Below, in pieces: positions 28,609 to 38,793 of a stretch of 64,000 nucleotides of DNA (position 1 is the first letter of the stretch; the number at the start of each line of letters is the position of its first letter). Position numbers and translations under genes: made by a program. Source of the stretch: Desulfobacterales bacterium GWB2_56_26. GTDB taxonomy: Bacteria > Desulfobacterota > Desulfobulbia > Desulfobulbales > Desulfocapsaceae. The notes beneath the pieces are model-generated. The model was not told the origin of the DNA and made no database searches. It saw only the letters and a list, made by a program, of their open reading frames with translations. The DNA lies in the NCBI GenBank assembly GCA_001799365.1, contig MGTI01000045.1, positions 532 to 64,531 on the forward strand, in the 5' to 3' direction.

Positions 28609-29120
28609 GTTGATGCTTGCAATGGTTATGGGCGGCGCTCTCGTTGCTCTACTCGCCGATCAGGACGGGCAGGTCGAAAACGATCCGGAAATTTTACTTA
28701 CCCGATCGCCGCGGAATTGTCAATTTGAGGCGGATTGAACGGAAAAACAATAAATTATATTGACAAGCGAAAACAGCTAAACTTAATGGAAACAATCTCC
28801 GTTTTGAGTTATAGTAGGTCGTTTTGAACTCTATCATAACGGTTACTCTTCGGCGACGATTGTTGTCGGCGCCGGAAGCGGATGGCCGGGATGATGCATT
28901 GCACACTGCCTTTCTGCCAAAGGCGGCAGTCCTCGCCAAGGATTGCCGGCCTAAACGATTCACATCGGACACCACGGATTCATGGTGTAAAAGACAGTAC
29001 CGGTAGTACAGTGAGTACCGACGAGAGATACATAGCTGGACGCAGGGCTTGGAGTTTTTTAGCGCTCCACTGGTGATGGATGTGCCTGGAGTGAATAATC
29101 ATCTTTATCGGAGTACGTAT

Positions 29121-29594
29121 ATGGATAAGCAGATGACGGAAACGCTGGAGGCGATATACAGTCGATGTGTCGCCAACGAGGACAATATCATTACGGTGTT
29201 GCAAGAAATCCAACACGAGTTTGGCTATATCCAGGAGGAGGCGGTTAACTGGTTCTCGGCCCGGACCAATATCCCGCCTTCAAAATATTACGGAGTAATA
29301 ACCTTTTACTCCCAGTTCCATCAAAAGCCCCGCGGCAAGAACATCGTCACCGTCTGCTGCGGCACCGTCTGTCACGTCAAAGGGGCGCCGCGGATTATCT
29401 CCAAGGTACGCGAAGACCTCAAGCTGAAGGATGATCAGGACACCACCAGGGATATGGCGTTTACCCTTGAGCATGTCAACTGCGTGGGTGCCTGCAGTAT
29501 CGCCCCGGTTGTTCTGGTGAACGAAAAAGTGTTCGGCAAGCAGACGCCGAGCAAAATCGTCAATAATCTCAAAGCCTACAAGGATAAGCCATGA
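29121..29594 (+). CDS. NuoE/HydC-like 2Fe-2S subunit of an NAD-linked formate dehydrogenase
   Basis: GVITFYSQF, CCGTVCHVKGA, NCVGACSIAPV; stop overlaps the next start (ATGA). Confidence 0.92.
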   Translation: MDKQMTETLEAIYSRCVANEDNIITVLQEIQHEFGYIQEEAVNWFSARTNIPPSKYYGVITFYSQFHQKPRGKNIVTVCCGTVCHVKGAPRIISKVREDLKLKDDQDTTRDMAFTLEHVNCVGACSIAPVVLVNEKVFGKQTPSKIVNNLKAYKDKP

Positions 29595-31372
29595 ACGACG
29601 GAATAGTAGTCAATGTGTGCATGGGTACCGGTGGTATTGCTGCCGGCGGTGACATGGTGATGCAGGAATTCATCAAGGAGTTCGAGACCGCCGGAGTCAA
29701 GAACGCGACAGTCAAGGAGAAGTGCCGGCTCCATAAGGTAGGCTGCCGGGGGTTCTGCGCCCGCGACGTGCTGGTCGATATCACCGTCGACGGCCAGGTC
29801 TCTACCTACCAGTATATTCAGCCGGAAATGGTAAAAAGGCTGGTCCAGGAACATGTGCTCGGGGCAAAACCGATCACGGAATGGCTGGTCGGCGACGATT
29901 ACCACGTTTTCCATGACAACCAGACCAAACGGGTTCTTGCCGATCTGGGCAAGATCGATCCGGAATCGATAGAAGAGTATCTGGGTGTGGATGGCTATAA
30001 GGCGGCGGAAAAGACCCTCACCACCATGAAGCCGGAAGAGGTTATCCAGGTTGTCAAGGATTCCGGGCTGCGAGGCCGCGGCGGCGGCGGTTTCCCCACT
30101 GGAGTGAAGTGGAGCTTCTGCGCTGCCAATAAGGCGGACCAGCGCTATATCATCTGCAACGCCGACGAGGGCGACCCCGGGGCATTCATGGATCGCTCGG
30201 TGGTCGAGGGTAATCCCCATGCGGTGATCGAAGGCATGATCATCGGCGCCTATGCCATCGGTGCCTCGGTCGGTTATGTCTACATCCGGGCCGAATATCC
30301 GCTGGCCGTCGACCGGTTGCGGCTGGCCCTGAAACACGCGGAGGAGCGAGGCTTCCTCGGCAAAAAGCTGTTCGGCACCGATTTCAGCCTGAAGATCAAG
30401 GTCAAACTGGGCGCCGGGGCCTTTGTCTGCGGCGAAGAAACGGCGCTGATCGCCTCGATCGAGGGCGAGCGCGGCATGCCCAGGGCCAAGCCACCGTTTC
30501 CGGCCAACAAGGGACTGTGGGGCAAGCCGACGATTATTAACAATGTCGAGACGTTCGCCAATATTCCCCAAATCATGAACAAGGGCGCCGCCTGGTATGC
30601 CTCCATCGGCTCCGAGAAGAGCAAAGGTACCAAGGTTATTGCCTTGACCGGCAAGATCAAGAATACCGGTCTCATCGAGATCCCCATGGGCATGCCCCTG
30701 AAAGACATTATCTTCAAGGTCGGCGGCGGGATCGAAGGCAATAAGCTGTTCAAGGCGGTGCAGACCGGCGGCCCATCCGGCGGTTGCATTCCGCAGCAGT
30801 TCATCGATCTGCCGGTCGACTATGAGGGACTGGCCTCCGTCGGCTCGATGATGGGCTCCGGCGGTATGGTGGTCCTCGACGAGACCGACTGTATGGTGAA
30901 CATTTCTAAGTTCTTCCTCCAGTTCACCCAGTCGGAATCCTGCGGCAAGTGCGTCCCATGCCGGATCGGCACCAAGCGCCTGCTCGAGATTCTTACCCGG
31001 ATAACCGAAGGCGAAGGCAAGGAAGGCGACATCGAACTGCTCCAGCAACTGGCCGAGGACGTGCGCGATTCCAGCCTGTGCGGACTGGGCATGTCGGCGC
31101 CGAACCCGGTCATCAGCACCATCAAGTATTTCCGTCACGAATATGAAGCACATATCAAGCACAAGAAATGTCCGGCCAAGGTTTGCAATAAGCTGCTGAC
31201 CTTCTTCATCCGGGAAGATATGTGTGTCGGATGCGGCATGTGCGCCAAGGCCTGTTCGGTGAATGCCATTTCCGGAGAGAAGAAACAACCCCACAAAATC
31301 AATAATTCCATGTGTATCCAGTGCGGGTCCTGTTTCGATGCCTGTAAATTCAGTGCCGTACTCAAGGAGTAG
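29591..31372 (+). CDS. NuoF/HydB-like FMN/NADH-binding subunit with N-terminal thioredoxin-like and C-terminal 2x[4Fe-4S] domains
   Basis: SGLRGRGGGGFPTG, CNADEGDPGAFMDR, GAGAFVCGEETAL, GGPSGGC, ESCGKCVPCR, two C-terminal CxxCxxCxxxC motifs. Confidence 0.95.
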   Translation: MNDGIVVNVCMGTGGIAAGGDMVMQEFIKEFETAGVKNATVKEKCRLHKVGCRGFCARDVLVDITVDGQVSTYQYIQPEMVKRLVQEHVLGAKPITEWLVGDDYHVFHDNQTKRVLADLGKIDPESIEEYLGVDGYKAAEKTLTTMKPEEVIQVVKDSGLRGRGGGGFPTGVKWSFCAANKADQRYIICNADEGDPGAFMDRSVVEGNPHAVIEGMIIGAYAIGASVGYVYIRAEYPLAVDRLRLALKHAEERGFLGKKLFGTDFSLKIKVKLGAGAFVCGEETALIASIEGERGMPRAKPPFPANKGLWGKPTIINNVETFANIPQIMNKGAAWYASIGSEKSKGTKVIALTGKIKNTGLIEIPMGMPLKDIIFKVGGGIEGNKLFKAVQTGGPSGGCIPQQFIDLPVDYEGLASVGSMMGSGGMVVLDETDCMVNISKFFLQFTQSESCGKCVPCRIGTKRLLEILTRITEGEGKEGDIELLQQLAEDVRDSSLCGLGMSAPNPVISTIKYFRHEYEAHIKHKKCPAKVCNKLLTFFIREDMCVGCGMCAKACSVNAISGEKKQPHKINNSMCIQCGSCFDACKFSAVLKE

Positions 31373-31377
31373 GAGCC

Positions 31378-34065
31378 ATGATCAATCTGACCATAGACGA
31401 CAAACAGATAGAAGTCGCTGAGGGCGCTACCGTCCTGGAGGCCGCCCGGAAGCTCAATATCGACATTCCAACCCTCTGTCACGACCCGCGGCTGAAACCC
31501 TACGGGGCGTGCCGGCTGTGCATCGTAGAGATCGGCGGCATGGCCAAGCCGGTCACCTCCTGCACCACTCCCGCTACCAACGGCATGGTGGTCAAAACCA
31601 ATACCGCCAAGCTCTACCGGCTGCGCAAGACCACGGTGGAACTGCTGCTGTCCGATCATCCCAACGACTGCATGACCTGCATCGGCACCGGTGACTGTAA
31701 ACTGCAGGAGTTGGCCTATGCATACGGCATCCGGGAGAACAGGTTCCAGGGAGCGATGCGCGATCATAACCGGGTCGACGTCAACCCCTTTATCACGAGA
31801 GAACAGAACAAGTGCGTGATGTGCGGACTCTGCGTGCGGGTGTGCGAGGAGGTCCAGGGTGTGGGTGCCATAGGCTACGCGGAAAGAGGCTTCGAGGCAA
31901 AAGTCATTCCTCCTTTCGGCCATGATCTGAAATGCGAGTTTTGCGGCCAATGCGTGTCGGTCTGCCCGACCGGGGCCCTGTCCGGCCGACTCTGGTCCGG
32001 CAAACCACGGATGGCAGGAGTGAAATTTACCGACACCACCTGCACCTATTGCGGTTGCGGCTGCAATATCACTCTCCGCAGTACCGGCGATCAGGTCATC
32101 AGGATCGATTCCAAACCCGACAGCCATAACCGCGGCTGGCTCTGCGTGAAGGGACGGTTCGGTTTCGAATTCATCAACAGCGCCGATCGGTTGACGACGC
32201 CGCTTATCCGTCGGCAGAAAGGCGGCGAGTTCGAGCAGGCCACCTGGGACGAGGCCTACGATTATGTGGCAAAACGGTTGTCGGAAATCAAGGACAAACA
32301 TGGTGCTGATGCCCTGGGCGGACTCTGTTCGGCCCGGTGCACCAACGAAGAAAATTATCTGTTCCAGAAGATGTTTCGCGCAAGGATAGGCACCAACAAT
32401 GTCGATCACTGCGCACGCTACTGACACAGCGCGACTGTGGCCGGTCTGGCCACAAAATTCGGTTCCGGTGCAATGACCAATTCGGTTGCGGAAATTGCCG
32501 AGAACGAGGCTTTGTTCGTCATCGGGTCCAATACTACGGAAAATCATCCGATTATTGCGCTCCGCATGAAGGAAGCGGTGGCAAATGGTGCCCAGCTGAT
32601 CGTCGCCGATCCGCGCCGGATCCCCCTGGTAAAATTCGCCACCCTCTGGCTGCGGCATCGTCCGGGAACGGATGCGGTGCTGCTGAACGCGATTATGAAC
32701 GCTATCCTCGCGGAAGGCCTGGAAGATAAAGATTTTATCGCCAACCGCACGGAAGGTTATGACGAATTCGTCAAGTCCCTTGAAACCTTCACGCCCGAGT
32801 ACGGTCAGGAGATCACCGGGGTCTCGGCGGAAGATATCCGCAAGGCTGCCCGAATCTTCGCTTCGGCCAAAAACGCTGGACTCTACTATGCCATGGGCAT
32901 AACCCAGCATGTCATGGGCACCAACAATGTCCATGCGGTGGGCAACCTGGCGATGCTGACCGGCAATGTCGGCAAACGGGCCGCCGGGGTCAATCCGCTC
33001 CGGGGACAGAACAACGTCCAAGGGGCCTGCGATATGGGCGGCCTGCCCAACGTCTATCCCGGTTACCAGAAGGTGGACGATCCGGCGGTGAAGGCCAAGT
33101 TCGAACAGGCCTGGGGTAAACCGCTTTCCGCCAAGATCGGCCTGCCTGCCACCGAGATGACCGGTGCCATGCTGTCTGGTCACCTGAAAGGGTTGTACGT
33201 TTTCGGCGAGAATCCGGCGCTTTCCGATCCCAATACCTCCCACTCCGTCAAGGCCTTTGAAAACCTTGAGTTTCTCGTTGTCCAGGATATTTTCATGACG
33301 GAAACCGCCAAGTTGGCGGATGTTGTCCTGCCCGGCGTTTCCTTTGCCGAAAAGGAAGGGACCTTCACCAGTTCCGAGCGTCGGGTGCAGCGGGTCAGGA
33401 AGGCGATCAATTCGCCCGGCAATGCCCAGCTCGACCTGGATATCATCGATCAGATCTCCAAACGGATCGAAGGCCAGGGCAACCTGAGCGAGAAACCGGA
33501 TCCGGCGGCGATCTTCGCCGAAGTGGCCGCGCTCTGGCCGGCTCTGGCCGGGGTGAGTTATGCGCGTCTGGAGAAAGAGAGTCTGCAGTGGCCGTGTCCG
33601 ACGGCGGACCATCCAGGGACGGAATTCCTCTTCAGCGAGAACTTCAGCCGCGAAGGCGGCAAGGCGCTCTTCACCTCGGTGCCCTTCGTGGCATCCAAGG
33701 AACTGCCGGACAAGGAATATCCGTATGTCCTTACCACCGGCCGCGAACTGTTCCACTACCATACCGGCACGCAGACCAGAAGGTCATCGGGCCTGAATGC
33801 GGTCGCCCCGGAGGCCTTCGTCGAAGTCAATCCGGTCGATGCCGAAGGTATGGGCCTTGTCGACGGCCAGAAACTCACCGTCAGTTCAAGGCGTGGGTCG
33901 ATCAGTCTCAAGGCGAGGGTCAGCGATATCGTTCCGCCGCAGGTGGTTTTCATCCCGTTCCATTACAGCGAAGCCGCCGCCAATCTCTTGACCAGCGACG
34001 CCATGGATCCGATCTGCAAGATCATGGAGGCGAAAGTCTGTGCGGTAAAACTCGAACTGCAGTAA
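31378..34065 (+). CDS. fdhA: Formate dehydrogenase alpha subunit, selenocysteine-containing (895 aa; UGA at 32422-32424), with NuoG-like N-terminal Fe-S domains
   Basis: Track ORFs 31378-32424 and 32437-34065 are in frame; the junction reads DHCARY-U-HSATVAGL, the Mo/W ligand site; PLRGQNNVQGACDMG; SECIS-like hairpin follows. Confidence 0.95.
32436..32454 (+). promoter_or_regulatory. Bacterial SECIS element of fdhA
   Basis: TGTGGCCG-GTC-TGGCCACA after an 11-nt spacer from the UGA; the apical GGTCT matches the E. coli fdhF SECIS apex. Confidence 0.85.
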
Positions 34066-34104
34066 TTGCTTTTGGCGGTAAAGAGTTTAGTATGTAACGA
34101 CACC

Positions 34105-34140
34105 CGGGAAGTTGGGCATAGCTCAACTTCCCGTTTTTTT
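34105..34140 (+). terminator. Intrinsic terminator of the fdh operon
   Basis: CGGGAAGTTGGGC-ata-GCTCAACTTCCCG followed by TTTTTTT. Confidence 0.85.
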
Positions 34141-34194
34141 CCTCGTCACCAATCCTGTTGCGGCAGGTGACCTCAGAGAACAGAAGTTACAAAA

Positions 34195-34572
34195 ATGATA
34201 TCCATTCAATCTCCGACCCGTACCTTCGATGCGTGCGAGACGGTAATTATTATCCCGGAGAAAGCCGTCGAAGAAGCCGGTTACATCCAGATGTTTTCGG
34301 CGAATGACAGCGGTCATGCCAAACACGAATATCATGCCCTGGCCCAGATGGCCTATTTCCAACTGCAGGACGACGAGCTGGACATTCGCGAAGCCGACTC
34401 GCCCCTTATTGTTCTGGCCGCGGGTGAACGTGTCGAACTCCTAGGCGGGATGATCGTCTGCCGGCAAGGAACCGGCGAGGTGTATATCCTGGTCCAGGCC
34501 GGACAGAACAGGAAAAAACTGCTTGAGGCGGCCTACCGGTGGTGCACTCGCTGGGTACGTCTCGATATCTGA
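34195..34572 (+). CDS. Hypothetical protein, 125 aa
   Basis: Coding-like ORF ending 22 bp before the DUF166 gene; contains KHEYHALAQMAYFQ. Confidence 0.7.
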   Translation: MISIQSPTRTFDACETVIIIPEKAVEEAGYIQMFSANDSGHAKHEYHALAQMAYFQLQDDELDIREADSPLIVLAAGERVELLGGMIVCRQGTGEVYILVQAGQNRKKLLEAAYRWCTRWVRLDI

Positions 34573-34594
34573 ACCGAGAGAGGATGCAAGAAAA

Positions 34595-35245
34595 ATGGAA
34601 GGTTCGAAAAAAAGCCAACATCTCATCGTCTTTCAGCAGAATGGCAGTGGCCAACCGAAGATCGATGGCATGAAAAAATTTGGCGGTGATCTTTTCAGGA
34701 TTGAGGTGGTCAATATTGATGGCGCCTTGCCGCCGGTGATAGACGACACCAGTGCATATTTGCCCCGGGAGTTAACCTGCGATCTGGCGCTCGATTTCCT
34801 GCGGCATGGCGATCTTTCCGCCGATCTCGCGGCACTCTGCCAAAAACACGAAATCCCGCTCATTGCCTCCGGCAAGAAAATCACCGGACGAGGGCTCTTC
34901 GCGCCACCTACCTGATGTGGGCTTCCAAGGCAGGTTGGCCTTGGCAAGTATGGCGAGTTCTTCGGTGCCCCTGAATTCGAGGTGGAGATTGAGGATGGTA
35001 AAATTGCGGACGTCAGGGTGGTGCGCGGTGCCCCATGCGGCGCGACCTGGGAGGCGGCCAGACGGCTGATCGGCCATCCCGTCGATGATGCGGTGCGCAA
35101 AGTCGGTCTCGATACCCAGTTCTACTGTTCCGCCAATCCGGCCGGCTGGGACCCGATGTACGGCAAGAGCGCCGTTCATTTCGCCGGGAAGATTCATAGT
35201 AAGGAACTGCAGAAGGCAATCGACAGGGTCCTGGCGATTTTGTGA
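34595..35245 (+). CDS. DUF166-family selenoprotein (216 aa; UGA at 34913-34915)
   Basis: Track ORFs 34523-34915 and 34982-35245 join in frame via PPT-U-CGLPRQVGLGKYGEFFGAPEFE; DUF166-like motifs FGAPEFEVE and VVRGAPCGATW; hairpin after the UGA. Confidence 0.85.
34925..34944 (+). promoter_or_regulatory. Putative SECIS hairpin of the DUF166 gene
   Basis: CCAAGGC-AGGTTG-GCCTTGG after a 9-nt spacer from the UGA, with a G-containing apical loop. Confidence 0.65.
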
Positions 35246-35283
35246 GGATGAGAGGCTGGGAAAGGCGAGAGTTCAACCGATAA

Positions 35284-35328
35284 AAGCGGCAACGGCCAAC
35301 ACCTCGAGAGTGTTGGCCGTTGCCGCTT
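35284..35328. terminator. Perfect 19-bp inverted repeat between convergent genes
   Basis: AAGCGGCAACGGCCAACAC-ctcgaga-GTGTTGGCCGTTGCCGCTT. Confidence 0.7.
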
Positions 35329-35363
35329 CTGCAAGGGTTTGTTCTGGCGGGGGAATCCCTTGA

Positions 35364-36251
35364 TCAATTCAGATCGTGGGAAACCTTAAGCACACTGTAC
35401 GGGATCTGCACGTACTCCAGGGTCTTGCCGGTTTTGGTCCAGCCATTCTGATGGAACAGCCGCGAGAAGTTGAGGGTTATGCCGCCGTAAAACGACCTGC
35501 TGTCTTCCTCGTCCGGATCGTCATACCCCCTGCTATAGTATCCCCCGTGCAGCTCCACGTATTTCAGGAAGGTATTCTCCAGGGCATCAAAACCGTCGAG
35601 TTTCAAGGCCATTGAATAATAGTGGTTGGAATAATCGTCGAAAATGCCGTTCACATCGTTTTCAAAGACATATTCGATTCGGAAGTCGATTTTCCGATCG
35701 AGTTCCGGATATCTCTCCATGAGGACACTGGTCAGGGCGCCGGCTGTGTTTGCTACCATATCTTCCCAGGAAAAACCCTGCGAGCCGCTGGTGCCGTCGG
35801 CGACCTCCATGACGGCCTGGACCGTCCAGGAAGAGACCGCGGCATAGATGTTTGCCTGATCCGAGGGGTACCCCCAGCTTTTATAGAGTCCGGTAAGGGC
35901 ATCGGCAAAGGTGTAGGTTGCCCAGAAGTGGCCCAGTTTATCGGCGCCGCCGTATTTGGCATCCTTTTCGAACCAGCCCTCGTCGGCAGTTTCCCAGTCT
36001 TCCGAGCCGTAATCCCATTCGAGGAGACCCCAGATGCCTATCACACTCGCGGCTGCCACATTGGTATACAGCAGTTTTTTTTCTTTGGGCTGACTGGCCC
36101 ACCATCCTTCATCCTGATTGTCGGCTGCAAGCGGTTGGGCAGCAGGGATGGGTTCTGCCGGGCCGGTGCTGCTGTCGGAATGAGCCGGCACCGGACTGAA
36201 GGAGGTAGCGCAAGAGATGACAAGTGCTCCGGTTAAAATCAGTTTTTTCAT
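35364..36251 (-). CDS. Exported DUF2279/YfiM-like protein
   Basis: Signal peptide MKKLILTGALVISC; GGADKLGHF, MEVADG-x5-GFSWEDMVAN-x2-G, DDYS. Confidence 0.75.
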   Translation of the reverse strand: MKKLILTGALVISCATSFSPVPAHSDSSTGPAEPIPAAQPLAADNQDEGWWASQPKEKKLLYTNVAAASVIGIWGLLEWDYGSEDWETADEGWFEKDAKYGGADKLGHFWATYTFADALTGLYKSWGYPSDQANIYAAVSSWTVQAVMEVADGTSGSQGFSWEDMVANTAGALTSVLMERYPELDRKIDFRIEYVFENDVNGIFDDYSNHYYSMALKLDGFDALENTFLKYVELHGGYYSRGYDDPDEEDSRSFYGGITLNFSRLFHQNGWTKTGKTLEYVQIPYSVLKVSHDLN

Positions 36252-36340
36252 GGTGAGTCGGTGGTTAAGGTGGAAGGCATCGTCGATCGGGATTAGGCAC
36301 AAGGTATGACCCGCCGATAGTCCCTGCTTTTAGGTCGCAG

Positions 36341-36356
36341 TGATACTATAGTATCA
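36341..36356. promoter_or_regulatory. Perfect 16-bp palindrome in a divergent promoter region
   Basis: TGATACTATAGTATCA, next to a minus-strand TTGACG. Confidence 0.4.
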
Positions 36357-36487
36357 GAGTTTTCGTCAAGTGCTGGTTGAGTGAATTTCGCCTTGGATGT
36401 ACAATCTCTTTCGCGAAGCTACCGCGCATAAAGGCGTGGTTAATTTGGAACGGGCAAGATTATTACCTGGGAAGTGGAGGTAGGACG

Positions 36488-37288
36488 ATGGTCGGTGCAA
36501 ATGCGATGGAGATATTTCTTCATCTCGAGAAGAGCAATTGTCGGGAATGCGGTGAAAAAACATGTCTGGCTTTTGCCGGGGCTGTCTTTCGCGGTACGCG
36601 TCGGATCGGTGAATGTCCGCGGCTGAATGGTGCCGCCCTGGCAAAATTTGCCGCAGACGAGGAAAGTCTGCAGGATCGTACAGTCGAGCTGGCGGAATAT
36701 ATTGCCGAAATGAAGCGAAAATTGACGCGCCTGGATTTTGCGGCGACCGCCGGGCTCATCGGGGCGAAGATGTCGGGGGAGACCCTTCAGGTGCCTGTAC
36801 TCGGCAAGCTTTTCGGTGTCCGGGGGGATGGCACCTTTGTCACGGATCTTCATCTGATCCCCTGGGTGGTCGTCCCGCTACTCGAATATATCGTCAACTG
36901 CCCGGGGACACCCGTTACCGGAGAATGGATTTCCTTCCGGGAGATCCCGGGCGGCAGGGAAAAATATGCCCTCTTCAAAAAGAGGGGGGAAGATGTGCTG
37001 CGGGAACTGGCCGATCGATACACCGATTTCTTCGATGATATCATTCATATGTTCGATGGCCGTGCGGTCGATAAACAATTCGAGGCGGATGTCTCCGTTG
37101 TGCTTCTCCCTCTGCCTCTTGTTCCGATGATGATATGCTACTGGAAGCCTGATGAGGGTATGGCATCAAGTCTCAATATCTTCTTCGATAAGAGTGCCGG
37201 AGCCAATATCGGCGTCGATTCGGCCTTTTCCCTAGGTACCGGGATTGCCCAGATGCTTGGAAAACTCGCCACTCATCATGGTTTTTAA
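36488..37288 (+). CDS. DUF3786-family protein with an N-terminal AcsC/RnfB-like 4Fe-4S domain
   Basis: KSNCRECGEKTCLAFA...CP mirrors the AcsC N-terminus (KTNCKECGVPTCLAFA...CP); WISFREIPGG, PLPLVP; GGAGG RBS. Confidence 0.8.
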   Translation: MVGANAMEIFLHLEKSNCRECGEKTCLAFAGAVFRGTRRIGECPRLNGAALAKFAADEESLQDRTVELAEYIAEMKRKLTRLDFAATAGLIGAKMSGETLQVPVLGKLFGVRGDGTFVTDLHLIPWVVVPLLEYIVNCPGTPVTGEWISFREIPGGREKYALFKKRGEDVLRELADRYTDFFDDIIHMFDGRAVDKQFEADVSVVLLPLPLVPMMICYWKPDEGMASSLNIFFDKSAGANIGVDSAFSLGTGIAQMLGKLATHHGF

Positions 37289-37302
37289 GATAATTTCTGC
37301 TG

Positions 37303-37330
37303 GTAGGGGCGAAACATATTTCGCCCTTAC
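37303..37330. repeat. GTAG-type REP-like palindrome, copy 1
   Basis: GTAGGGGCGAAA-cata-TTTCGCCCTTAC between convergent genes. Confidence 0.65.
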
Positions 37331-38793
37331 GGTTCGGCCACCGGCAGCCAGACCGTAAAGGTGGTTCCGCGGCCAAGTTCGCTGGCGACACTGATATTGC
37401 CGTGGTGGGACTCAACGATGCTCTTGACGATGGCGAGCCCCAGACCGGTGCCGTGAATTTCTCGGGTGTTGGCATCCTTGACGCGATAGAAACGGATAAA
37501 GATCTTTTCAAGGTCCTCCGGGCCGATACCGAAACCGGTGTCTTTCACCTCCGTTTTCAGTGAACTCCCTTCCACCACGGTCCTGACCGTGATTGACCCG
37601 CCGACCGGTGAATATTTGATGGCATTGGTGATCAGGTTGGCAAAGACCTCTTCCATATTCTGGCGGTTGGCGAGAAGTGGGGGAAGGCTCGCGGGACAGT
37701 CGAGGGCGATGGTGATGCCTTTCTCCTTGGCATACGGACTATGAAAGGCCTGCTGATCGGACAGCAGCGTGGTCAGGTCCACCAGCTCTTTTTCATGGGC
37801 GATCAGACCGGACTCAATCCTTGACAGATCAAGCAGTTCAGTGACCATATTGTTCAGATTGAGGATCTTCTCCGAGGCCCGTTGCAGGATCTCCTGTTGC
37901 TTGGCCGTGACGTCCCCAGCCAGGCCGTCGAGGATGATCTTCAGCTGCATGAGCAGGGAATTCATTGGACTTCTGATCTCATGAGAGACCATGGAAATGA
38001 AGTCCGACTTCATCCGGTCCATTCTCTTTATTGCTGTTATATCGTGTAAGACTGTGATGGTACCGATGTTTTCGTTTAATCTCCCGCGGAAAGGGGTGCA
38101 GCGGGCGCTGTAATATTTCTCTTCGCCGTATTCGGTAAAGCATAGCTCGTGGGGTATCTCGGCAAAGGTGTTGGCCGGCATGACGAGGGCCTGATCGACA
38201 ATATCGAGAAGCTTTTCATCTTTTATCAGGTCGGCGACATGGTGCCCGACCGCGTCCTCGCCATGATAACCGATCATGTGCAGAAAGGCGGGATTGGCCT
38301 GTACGATCAGCTTTTTCGCGTCGGTGGTCATAACACCTTCCGTGAGTCGATTGACCAGCACGCGGAGCCGGGATCTGGATTCGGTGATGTCCTGCAGGGC
38401 CATAGTGTAACGAAGCGACTTGTCGACCACCGCCCGAAGCTGGTCGGGCGTAAAGGGCTTGGGAATAAAGTCGAAGGCGCCTTTTTTCATCGCTTCGATG
38501 GAGTGCTCCAGGGTCGCATAACCGGTAATGACAATGACCACGGTATCGGGATGATGGTTGCGGACCTCAGTAACCACATCGAAACCCGAGATGGTCGGCA
38601 TCATGAGATCGACCAGGACGATGTCGTAGTGCTTTTCCTTGATCATACGCAGGCCCTCTTCACCGTCCGGGGCTGCAGCGACGTCGAAACCTTTGTCGGA
38701 AAGGACGATGACACAGGCGTCGCGGATGCGGGCCTCATCGTCGATGACTAGAATAGTCGGGGTATGGAAATGGTCCGGCGGCAGGTTGGTCAT
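37327..38793 (-). CDS. Hybrid sensor kinase (receiver-PAS-HisKA-HATPase), divergent from the hdrA operon
   Basis: ILVIDDE, VDLMMP, FIPKPF; PAS (NPAF); SHEIRSPM, NLITNAIKYS, DTGFGI, GTGLGL. Confidence 0.92.
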   Translation of the reverse strand: MTNLPPDHFHTPTILVIDDEARIRDACVIVLSDKGFDVAAAPDGEEGLRMIKEKHYDIVLVDLMMPTISGFDVVTEVRNHHPDTVVIVITGYATLEHSIEAMKKGAFDFIPKPFTPDQLRAVVDKSLRYTMALQDITESRSRLRVLVNRLTEGVMTTDAKKLIVQANPAFLHMIGYHGEDAVGHHVADLIKDEKLLDIVDQALVMPANTFAEIPHELCFTEYGEEKYYSARCTPFRGRLNENIGTITVLHDITAIKRMDRMKSDFISMVSHEIRSPMNSLLMQLKIILDGLAGDVTAKQQEILQRASEKILNLNNMVTELLDLSRIESGLIAHEKELVDLTTLLSDQQAFHSPYAKEKGITIALDCPASLPPLLANRQNMEEVFANLITNAIKYSPVGGSITVRTVVEGSSLKTEVKDTGFGIGPEDLEKIFIRFYRVKDANTREIHGTGLGLAIVKSIVESHHGNISVASELGRGTTFTVWLPVAEP

